A DNA stretch of 21,547 bases, taken from assembly GCA_048887225.1 (NCBI GenBank), contig JBHLJY010000030.1, forward strand, positions 1 through 21,547. Reading direction: 5' to 3'. Shown in pieces: positions 8,589 to 16,498 of the stretch. Position 1 is the first letter of the stretch; each line of letters starts with the position of its first letter. Below the pieces are notes generated by a model that searched no databases, was not told where the DNA came from, and worked only from the letters and a program-made list of their open reading frames with translations. Source of the stretch: Candidatus Hodarchaeota archaeon (GTDB lineage: Archaea; Asgardarchaeota; Lokiarchaeia; Sigyniarchaeales; SOKP01). The translations under genes were made by a program, and so were the position numbers.

Positions 8589-9434
8589 TTAAATGAATAA
8601 AAAGAGTTTAAGTAAAAACTGGTTCAAGTATAGATCTTTTAATAATTTCAAATTATTGAAAATGTAATTAAATATTTTACCTTCTCTAAAATATTCTAAA
8701 CTTAAGCCTACACCTATTTCTTCACGAATTATATTAGCAGTTTCAACAATAAAATTAATTAGATTATTCCTTACTATAATAGGATCACAATTGTAGGGAT
8801 TGATTTCTATTATACTAAATCCTTTATCTCTTGAAAAATTAATATTCTTTAACTCCAAATCATCTTTTATATCTTCCCGATTTTTAAAAGTTTCAAAAAT
8901 ATATTCAATGCGCTCATATATGTTTTCTTGCTCTTTTCCTGAGACTTTTTCACCAATTATTTTATACATCAAGTTAAATAGATGTTGGAAAACACCTAAA
9001 AGGTCAAAAAAGTCGCCTATTTTTGCGGCAATCTCAGCATCTCCCCAATCATAATAAAAATTTTCAATATCTTCTAAAAACGGTAAGAAAACATTAACAT
9101 CTCCAGTCCAAGTTTTACCTCTTTTTATCCAAACTTGTTTATAATTGTTAATGAAGGATTCTTTTATGATATTTAATTTACTTTTTAATTTCTCTGTACT
9201 TATGTTTTTTGTATCTGCTGCAACAAACATTAAATTGTAGTCAGGTTCTAATAAATAGATCCATCTAAATCCACCCATTTCAAGTGATTCGATAGGCGCA
9301 TGAAATTCTGTCATAATGAATTGATTAAAAGCGCTCAATAAACCAGATACTAGAAATTCGTCGATGTTAGTGCGGAAAAATGATTTATAGAGCAGTTTTA
9401 TGCCAGATTGAGAGTCAAGTATCCATATATTCAT
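8589..9434 (-). CDS. Hypothetical protein with N-terminal longin-like domain and uncharacterised helical C-terminal domain
   Basis: 281-aa ORF. The N-terminus (IWILDSQSGIKLLYKSF...LVSGLLSAFNQF...RWIYL..YNLMFVAAD...LNIIKESFINNY) follows the beta-beta-alpha-beta-beta-beta-alpha longin pattern. The fold was assigned by eye. Confidence 0.7.
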   Translation of the reverse strand: MNIWILDSQSGIKLLYKSFFRTNIDEFLVSGLLSAFNQFIMTEFHAPIESLEMGGFRWIYLLEPDYNLMFVAADTKNISTEKLKSKLNIIKESFINNYKQVWIKRGKTWTGDVNVFLPFLEDIENFYYDWGDAEIAAKIGDFFDLLGVFQHLFNLMYKIIGEKVSGKEQENIYERIEYIFETFKNREDIKDDLELKNINFSRDKGFSIIEINPYNCDPIIVRNNLINFIVETANIIREEIGVGLSLEYFREGKIFNYIFNNLKLLKDLYLNQFLLKLFLFI

Positions 9435-9584
9435 AATTCTAATATTTAAAATTAATGTTCTTATTTAAAAATCCTACTTAGGTAAAAATTTTTTTATTTA
9501 TAGATTGAAGCAATTTTCTAATTCTATTTTATTAGAGTATAATAATTTATGGATGTTTAATGTAATGAGAAAACTAAATTGATT

Positions 9585-12500
9585 TCATATTCTAAATTCA
9601 CACACTCCGTCTGCGTCGCAGAATTTCACGCCTATTACTCTATCCTTTGTTTCAGCCAGCGTGATAGGTTTAATTTTTGACACCATCTCTTCATACTTTT
9701 CTTTCGAAATTTCCTCGTAAGGTGCTTGTTTGTATCCATGCTCTTTTATAGGAAGAAAGCTAACACTTTTTAGTTTATCTTCAAAGGACTCTAGAACGTG
9801 TTTAATTTGTTCCGCTTCATCTTTCTTGAAAGTAATTGTTATTGAAACTTGGTTGTCAGACCAATATCTTTGATAAGCTGCGGCGTTTTCTGCTTGTTCC
9901 CATATCGACACATCTTTTTTGGAGCGTTCATAGTATTCTTCGTGAATTGGAAATTCTACTACGTATGAATTAGCTGAATAAGAATCATCTTCTATATGAT
10001 AACCTGCAGCTTTGATCGGTTCGATTAAATCGGAATTTTTAGAAATTCTTATTCTTCTTATATAATATTCTGAATGGGGGTAATGAATCCCTGGAGTAAC
10101 TCCAGGAAGTAAACTTACCGTTCCACTAGGTTTTATTGTGGTTAATTTTATAGATTTAGGAATGCATAACCAATCGGAATATTTTTCATCTAATTCTCTT
10201 AAATATTTATATCCACTATTACACCATTCAAGAATTTTTCTTCTGCCGTGTTTCACAAATGCTTCAATTATTCCTGTTTGCGAGATGCCCATCCTTCTAT
10301 TTTTAAGCATAACTGCATTAGTTTCTTTCCAGTGAGTATTTACCAATGTCACTGATTTAGCATACAAATAGGCGGATTTCAAGGTTTCTTGGAATTCCTC
10401 GTATGAATCATGTCTTGATGGAAACGTCTCCACTAAGCAACAAAGTTCAAACGATTCTAACGTCTGCTCTCCACAATTCTCTGTAAAGATCATCTCCATC
10501 CTTGGTCTGCCTGATTTAGTTGTTTTTTCATTAATAACTATACCAAAATTATGGAATTCATCAACCGTACCATTATAAACAATGTCATATCCTATTCGTT
10601 TAACAGAGACTATTTTATGATTATATGTTAAGCCATTTTCAATTAGCAATTCAGCCATTTTTTTAGCATATTGTTTATTCTGTGCTATTTTTTTAGAGCT
10701 TATTTTAGGGATTCCATAAATCTCATAAATATGATTAAGTACTTGCGAATAGCTATCGGGTATGCCCATAGATCGAAAGTCTATGATATCATTTTTTCTC
10801 AGAATATTAATGAATTCGCTTTTTGAGGGAATAATTTTTTTTGTAGCAATCTCTTTAATCAACAAATCAAATAGTTTTATACGCTTTTCATCTCTAATCC
10901 TTTTAGCTTTGTCTTTATGTGCGTGTTGTGCTTTTTCAAGATTAGCCCGCAAAACACACAGATGAGAACAAAATGTTTGTTCTCTTTTGGCATATTTAAC
11001 TTTAAATCTTCTTCCACAACCTTCACAGGACTTGTAAGCATAAATAATACCGTCTTCAAATAATAACTCTAAATCAGTTTTTTTCAGAAGTTTAATGAAT
11101 CTATTATACTCTCGTCTTATAATATGATCATCATACCAATCAAATCCATATTCTATATTTGCCTGTCTTATTAAATCAATTGGAGATTGGCTTTCACCCC
11201 ATCTTGGCGAGAAAATAGGCATACCAATATTTGGAGCATATTTTTTCCATCTTGTAAGAGAAAGGGGTATTTCAGTTTTATTAATAAGCTTAAGCATTTC
11301 ATTATAAATCTCACCATCAGTATGACCAGAATATCTTGGATTCTTTTCACCAGATAAGGCTTCTGACATTTTCCTTCTATAACTTCTTTTTTCTACTTCA
11401 GTTCTAGTTTCCCACCACCATCTCATTGGGTTTTTATTACCTGATATATCATGTAAAGAATCATGTTCATCCTTTAGTATAAGTTTTAAATTGTTTATGC
11501 TATTATTCAAACCATCATTATCTCTATGATGAATAACATACCCACTGGGAATCTTACTTTTATTAGATTGTTCATAAACAAATGTATGTTCGAAAATATT
11601 TTTCTTTCCATTATTTAACATCCAATAAATTGATCTTTTCTTCTTTTCCTCTCCCATAATCTCCGTCCAAGTTGTCTGCCATTTAGGTGTAATTATTAGA
11701 CTATCTCCAATTCTTAACTCTCGCGCTTCTTTTTGCGACATATCCCTTAGAATAAACTTATGATTTCCTGTACACTTTATAACACTTCCATCATCTAATT
11801 TTACTTCATATATTTTCTCATTATCACCTGTAATCCGTGGATTCCTCATCATTCTTATTACTGTTACTCCTGAATCATCTTTACAGTATACAGGTATAGC
11901 AAATCCTTCTTCTGCTAATTGTTTTATTGGCACAGCATTCCTACCATCTGCAACAGCAATTAGAGTATCACCGGTAATACATGGATTTATTCCTGCTGCT
12001 TTTTTATCTTTATAGTCAGGAGGATCTCCCATTCTTGAATATGCTTTTGCGTTTTCAATCCAAAATATACCGGGTTCTCCGTTTACTGCAATCTGATCGG
12101 CTATGAATGAATAATCTAAACCTTTAACGGCAATGACACTATTATTGCTTGCCCATCTATGAGAATATAATTTTTCTTGGTCTTGCTTACACATTATAAA
12201 ATCTAAGTCTGCTGGGTCTCCCAAAGCAATCTCAGCACTTCTTCGAACATTGCCTGCTACAACACATTTACCAATATGATTCATTATATCAAGAATATCT
12301 ATAGAGGTTATTTTTTGTCCAATACGGGCCTCCAAAATATCTGAAATCCCTTTAAGCATCGCCTTTAAAGGGTCTGGTCCTGAGGCGATTCCTCCAAAAC
12401 CTCTTATTGGTTTTCCAGCAGGTCGAATCTTTGAAAAATCGTAATTAGGAGTTTGTTTTCCCAAGAAATAAGCTTCAAGCATTAATTTAAGTGCTTCTAC

Positions 12501-13313
12501 CCAACCTTCTCGACTATCTGGGAGTTGAAAATCAAAATGGCCTTCTTTAGGCTTTTTAATTACGATTTTACCAGCTCCTTTTGTGTCAAACCCAACTCCA
12601 ACACCAAGCATCAACGCATCCATCACAAATTCAAAAGCTTTTGAATATTTTAAATCAATATCTTCCGTAGAAGCGAAGCCGCAATTATTAAGCGCCATAG
12701 ATCCGTGTCTTGCTATAAATTCAGTTCCCATCATCCATAAGCCTCGTCCTGGAGGCAACATCTTAAAGTTCCAAATCTTTTCAAACATCTTTTGAGCAGA
12801 TTTTTGAGCTTTTTTATCGTTCCAAGGTAAAGATAACTTCATACAATGTTCTTTTTGAACAGAATAGCACCCTTCGACCACCCTTCTAATTGTCTCCCAA
12901 TATTCTTCTTTACGATTTTCTTCCTCAATAATTCTAGCATAAGTCCGTTTATAAGTTATATATCCAAGAGGACCCCATTCGGGGTGTTTGCCTTTATATT
13001 TATTGATAAAATTCTCGCCGAGCTTAAATGAAATATTTTCTAAATTTATAGCTCTAGCAAATAAATTTCGATATTTATTTAAATCTCGCTGGATTAATTC
13101 GACACAAACAAGTTCGCGAATATGATTAGTAGTAATTTCATTAACTCCAAGACCTATAATTTTACGAATTACCTCCTCTGCTACTTGCTCAGCAAGATGC
13201 ATGTCGAGACCCGTTTCTTTATTAAGAACTTTCGCTATACTATTTTCATCAAACGGTTTTTTCTCGCCTTTAGAGTTAATCACATATTTCGGATATAAAT
13301 CCACTAAATCCAT
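9585..13313 (-). CDS. nrdJ: Class II adenosylcobalamin-dependent ribonucleoside-triphosphate reductase (monomeric RTPR type) with N-terminal ATP cone, intein-containing (740 aa after splicing)
   Basis: RTYAR, PPGRGLW, ALNNC (redox Cys), GVGVGF, VVAGNVRRSAEI, RWASNNS, GEPG, NP|CGEQ..ELCCLVE, TTIKPSGTVS, DNQVSIT, QAPYE and a C-terminal CDADGVC pair. SD GGAGG on the minus strand at 13323-13327. Confidence 0.95.
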   Translation of the reverse strand: MDLVDLYPKYVINSKGEKKPFDENSIAKVLNKETGLDMHLAEQVAEEVIRKIIGLGVNEITTNHIRELVCVELIQRDLNKYRNLFARAINLENISFKLGENFINKYKGKHPEWGPLGYITYKRTYARIIEEENRKEEYWETIRRVVEGCYSVQKEHCMKLSLPWNDKKAQKSAQKMFEKIWNFKMLPPGRGLWMMGTEFIARHGSMALNNCGFASTEDIDLKYSKAFEFVMDALMLGVGVGFDTKGAGKIVIKKPKEGHFDFQLPDSREGWVEALKLMLEAYFLGKQTPNYDFSKIRPAGKPIRGFGGIASGPDPLKAMLKGISDILEARIGQKITSIDILDIMNHIGKCVVAGNVRRSAEIALGDPADLDFIMCKQDQEKLYSHRWASNNSVIAVKGLDYSFIADQIAVNGEPGIFWIENAKAYSRMGDPPDYKDKKAAGINPCITGDTLIAVADGRNAVPIKQLAEEGFAIPVYCKDDSGVTVIRMMRNPRITGDNEKIYEVKLDDGSVIKCTGNHKFILRDMSQKEARELRIGDSLIITPKWQTTWTEIMGEEKKKRSIYWMLNNGKKNIFEHTFVYEQSNKSKIPSGYVIHHRDNDGLNNSINNLKLILKDEHDSLHDISGNKNPMRWWWETRTEVEKRSYRRKMSEALSGEKNPRYSGHTDGEIYNEMLKLINKTEIPLSLTRWKKYAPNIGMPIFSPRWGESQSPIDLIRQANIEYGFDWYDDHIIRREYNRFIKLLKKTDLELLFEDGIIYAYKSCEGCGRRFKVKYAKREQTFCSHLCVLRANLEKAQHAHKDKAKRIRDEKRIKLFDLLIKEIATKKIIPSKSEFINILRKNDIIDFRSMGIPDSYSQVLNHIYEIYGIPKISSKKIAQNKQYAKKMAELLIENGLTYNHKIVSVKRIGYDIVYNGTVDEFHNFGIVINEKTTKSGRPRMEMIFTENCGEQTLESFELCCLVETFPSRHDSYEEFQETLKSAYLYAKSVTLVNTHWKETNAVMLKNRRMGISQTGIIEAFVKHGRRKILEWCNSGYKYLRELDEKYSDWLCIPKSIKLTTIKPSGTVSLLPGVTPGIHYPHSEYYIRRIRISKNSDLIEPIKAAGYHIEDDSYSANSYVVEFPIHEEYYERSKKDVSIWEQAENAAAYQRYWSDNQVSITITFKKDEAEQIKHVLESFEDKLKSVSFLPIKEHGYKQAPYEEISKEKYEEMVSKIKPITLAETKDRVIGVKFCDADGVCEFRI
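10476..11981 (-). mobile_element. Intein (502 aa, precursor residues 445-946) with HNH homing endonuclease, NUMOD3-like motifs and Cys4 zinc finger
   Basis: Removing it restores GINP-CGEQ. Block A CITGDTLIAVADG, block B IKCTGNHKF, block F VYNGTVDEFHNF, ends TEN followed by +1 Cys. Internal motifs IHHRDNDGLNNSINNL..EH (HNH), SGNKNPM and RKMSEALSGEKNPRY (NUMOD3-like), CEGC..FCSHLC. Confidence 0.95.
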
Positions 13314-13356
13314 TAACGAATTCCTCCATTAATAACGAAATAATTATAACTTTTAA

Positions 13357-13597
13357 TTTTGTCGGTTTAGATTGTAAAATTTTAATATAAATTGCCTTAC
13401 TCTACCAATAAATTTATTATTTTTTTTATATATTTTAAAAATTGATGTTTTTACATTAATAAACTTCTGATATTCCACACTTTTCGTGATAATGTGTTAT
13501 AGATTTAATACTATTAAAGTACTCGAGACTAGAATTTTAATTTTTATTGATTTTATTTTATTATTTAATTAATTTTTATTTGTCGCTGTTTTGTCGG
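13357..13597. promoter_or_regulatory. Three same-orientation TTTGTCG motifs (13358-13364, 13579-13585, 13590-13596) in the divergent nrdJ / LbH intergenic region; candidate regulator binding sites
   Basis: Exact 7-mer present three times in an extremely AT-rich 451-bp spacer. Two copies extend to TTTTGTCGG and the distal pair has an 11-bp period. Confidence 0.5.
13385..13397 (-). promoter_or_regulatory. Putative archaeal BRE/TATA promoter of nrdJ
   Basis: The minus strand reads GGCAATTTATAT about 72 nt upstream of the start codon. TATA-like words are common in this AT-rich DNA. Confidence 0.35.
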
Positions 13598-13764
13598 GAA
13601 TTTATTAAGTAATATAATTTATACTTGTATTTAAAGAAAAAATCTGAAATGGATTTTTAATTTTTAGATAAATTTATATTTTTCAGAGAACACATAGTAG
13701 TAAATTATACAGCTTATCAAAGAGATCATTAATAATAATCAATTTTATTTTAAAATCGATAAAA

Positions 13765-14649
13765 ATGAGTTTGAACGTTCCAAAAAATGAAATTTTACAA
13801 GAAGAGGTAAAACTACAATTCCACTGGTATATGCTCGTGTTTTTCATTGTTTTCTTAGGATCATTTTTAATTCCTAGTATTTTTTTTATTCTTTATATTA
13901 GATATTTTTTTGAACCATATTTTTTAGAAACAAAAGATTTCAGTTCACTTTTTACTGAACTATATCCTTTAATAGCACTAATAACAATACCCCTTGTCAT
14001 TATTGGTGTTTATTTAATTCATTTGTTTTTTGTGGCTTTAATAACACGGTGGTTTTGGAGGATTACAGAACGGAGGTCTCCATCAAAAGATGGAATTATC
14101 CCAAGAAATATCAGGTCTAAAACGCTAAATTATTATGGTATACGTTCATTCATGATTAAATACCCAAAGAACGCTTTTATAAAAGGTCCATTTCCATGGT
14201 TAATAAACTGGCTCTATAACTTTGTTGGAACAAATAAAATTGAAAAAGGAACTACAATTGAAGAACAGTTTGGTGCTGATCGGAACATCCATATTGGTAA
14301 AAATTCATATATAGGGGTTAATTCGGGATTTAGTTCACATTCTGTTTCAGGTATATTTGGCAACATATCAAATTTCAAAATAAAGTTAGGAGATAATATT
14401 ACGACGGGTGGATTAAATTGCCTTGCACCAGGTGTCGAAATAGGTGATAATTCATATTTATTACCAATGGCAGGAGCTACAAAGCATAACATCCTAAAAG
14501 GGAACAATTACTATTTTGGAGCGCCCCTAAGAAAGATTTTCAAGAAAAAAATAATGGAATATCTAAAAATAAGCGAATTTGATTTAGAAAGAGATAAAGA
14601 ATTAAGATTAAAACATCAAAAAATAAAAGAAGAATTAATAAAAATTTAA
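13765..14649 (+). CDS. Membrane-anchored (2 TM) left-handed beta-helix acyltransferase-like protein
   Basis: Two N-terminal hydrophobic segments, hexapeptide repeats (IHIGKNSYIG, KLGDNITTG, GVEIGDNSYL), an SSH His motif and a terminal YFGAP motif. Confidence 0.8.
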   Translation: MSLNVPKNEILQEEVKLQFHWYMLVFFIVFLGSFLIPSIFFILYIRYFFEPYFLETKDFSSLFTELYPLIALITIPLVIIGVYLIHLFFVALITRWFWRITERRSPSKDGIIPRNIRSKTLNYYGIRSFMIKYPKNAFIKGPFPWLINWLYNFVGTNKIEKGTTIEEQFGADRNIHIGKNSYIGVNSGFSSHSVSGIFGNISNFKIKLGDNITTGGLNCLAPGVEIGDNSYLLPMAGATKHNILKGNNYYFGAPLRKIFKKKIMEYLKISEFDLERDKELRLKHQKIKEELIKI

Positions 14650-14661
14650 AAAGTTAAAAAA

Positions 14662-15525
14662 ATGGCGGCAAATATCACGGAAAAACAAAATATTGAAGAT
14701 TTTGTACTTAATTTTACTACTAGTAGTGCTATTTCGCGAGTAAGTATAAAGTTTCTTGTAGTATATCTTCCTATTTTTTGGCTAAGTGGATTAATGTTAG
14801 CAATTTGTTGGTATGGATTTGTATTTCATGTGAATAATTGGATTGTTGTAATGCTAATGCTGCCACTGGCAATATTTTGTTCCTATTTTATTTTCATATT
14901 TTTCTGCGCATTTTTCAGTAAGTTATTTTTGATTATTATTAATTTAATTCACAAGCCAAAAGAAGGCGTATTTCTTGCGCAAAAAGGTGATAAAGATTTT
15001 GAATTTTGGTGTCTAAGAACTGAATTGAAAAAATTAGTAGTGTGGTTGATGAATAATTGCCCTTTACCTTGGATTGATCCCTTGGCATTTAGATGGTTTG
15101 GAACGAGAATTGATTTCACAAGCCATTTATATGATGCGTGGGTTGATATAGATTTTATTAAATTTGGTCGCAAAGTCTTGGTTGGCCAAGGAGCAGTAGT
15201 AATGAGTTCAATGGTAGTAGGAAAATACTTAATAATTAAAAAATTAATTTTTGATGACTATAGCGTTATAGGAGGTGTATCAACTATTGCTCCAGGGACT
15301 ATTATTGGCAGAGATTCTATTATTGGTGCTTTTTCAATTACAAATATTAATCAAATTTTAGAGCCTGGATGGATTTATTTTGGAATTCCTGGAATAAAAC
15401 TAAAGCCAAATATATATGCACATTCAAGAAGAGATATAATACTCAAGAAGGATGTAGATGATGAGAAAAAATTTGAAGCAAAAGTTGAAGTAGTTATAGA
15501 TGAGGATAAAAAAGATTTAATTTAG
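14662..15525 (+). CDS. Paralogous membrane-anchored (2 TM) left-handed beta-helix acyltransferase-like protein
   Basis: Two TM segments, PKEGVF..FWCLR, FRWFG, hexapeptide repeats (KFGRKVLVG, GTIIGRDSIIG) and YFGIP. It lies 12 nt downstream of its paralog. Confidence 0.8.
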   Translation: MAANITEKQNIEDFVLNFTTSSAISRVSIKFLVVYLPIFWLSGLMLAICWYGFVFHVNNWIVVMLMLPLAIFCSYFIFIFFCAFFSKLFLIIINLIHKPKEGVFLAQKGDKDFEFWCLRTELKKLVVWLMNNCPLPWIDPLAFRWFGTRIDFTSHLYDAWVDIDFIKFGRKVLVGQGAVVMSSMVVGKYLIIKKLIFDDYSVIGGVSTIAPGTIIGRDSIIGAFSITNINQILEPGWIYFGIPGIKLKPNIYAHSRRDIILKKDVDDEKKFEAKVEVVIDEDKKDLI

Positions 15526-15633
15526 ATTTTTTAAAGTTGTTGAAATTCAATTCATTTCTTATATCTCTTTTTTTTATAAAATATTATAGAATGAAATAAA
15601 TATCTAAAAAATCTTAAGTTCATAAGCAAAACT

Positions 15634-16461
15634 ATGTTATCAATAATCTTATTTTCTGCCATCGTTCTATTTCTTTATGTTTTAATAGCATCTATAGTCG
15701 GAACAATCAAAAAAAATAATGCTATTATGGATATTTTTTATGGACCAGGATATTTTGTTGTTACCTTTACTAGTTTTTTATTAGATTTTCTATGGACTGG
15801 AGTTTTTTCATTACGAAAATTAATAGTAACAATTTTAGTGTTATTATGGTCTATAAGATTATCTACTTATGTATATATAAGGAATCGGGGGAAACCAGAA
15901 GATTACCGGTATGCTGCGATGAGAAAAAAGTGGAAAGAATCAGGAAAAAACGTTTTTTTAAAAAGTTTAACCAAAATTTACCTATTTCAAGGCTTAGTAA
16001 TCTTTATAGTTGTTTTTCCAGTTTTATGGATAAATGCAAGCGAAAGTACGTCTATACCCTTGTCTTTTTTCGAATTTGCATTGATTACCTTAATAGTAGG
16101 AGCCTTAATATGGATAATTGGGTTTTATTTTGAATCCGTTGGAGATTATCAGCTTTATACATTTCTACATAATCCAAATAGAACTAAAAAAGTCCTAGAC
16201 CAAGGCTTATGGAAATATACTCAACATCCTAATTACTTTGGTGAGGTTACGATGTGGTGGGGATTATTCATCATTGCATTAGCAGTTCCTTGGGGATTTA
16301 TAACTATATTTGGACCTATTTATATCACCGTTCAAATTATCAAGGTTTCAGGAGTCAAATTATTAAATAAAAGATTTGAAGGTGATGACGAATACGCTGA
16401 TTATAAAAGAAGGACAAGCGCTTTCGTACCATGGTTTCCGAAGAAAAAGAAAAAGGAATGA
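15634..16461 (+). CDS. DUF1295 / steroid 5-alpha-reductase-like integral membrane protein
   Basis: DIFYG, WSIRL, PEDYRYAAMR, FESVGDYQL, GLWKYTQHPNYFGEVTMWWG and Y..YKRRTSAFVPWFP family motifs. Confidence 0.92.
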   Translation: MLSIILFSAIVLFLYVLIASIVGTIKKNNAIMDIFYGPGYFVVTFTSFLLDFLWTGVFSLRKLIVTILVLLWSIRLSTYVYIRNRGKPEDYRYAAMRKKWKESGKNVFLKSLTKIYLFQGLVIFIVVFPVLWINASESTSIPLSFFEFALITLIVGALIWIIGFYFESVGDYQLYTFLHNPNRTKKVLDQGLWKYTQHPNYFGEVTMWWGLFIIALAVPWGFITIFGPIYITVQIIKVSGVKLLNKRFEGDDEYADYKRRTSAFVPWFPKKKKKE

Positions 16462-16498
16462 AGTTTTTTTATCTTTAACTTATACCCATATAACATTT
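16462..16498. terminator. T-rich tract between convergent genes; possible archaeal terminator
   Basis: A T7 run lies immediately after the DUF1295 stop in a 37-nt convergent spacer. Confidence 0.35.

Noticed and set aside
13314-13764. Cobalamin riboswitch, NrdR box or replication origin (ORB) upstream of nrdJ
   Set aside because: The region is too AT-rich, with no B12-box or stable helices seen. The ACAC..GTGT inverted word near 13477-13497 has the wrong spacing for an NrdR box. There is no ORB consensus or cdc6 gene.
16441-16461. C-terminal KKKKKE of DUF1295 as an ER-retrieval dilysine signal
   Set aside because: Basic tails after WFP are common in this family and favoured by A-rich codons.
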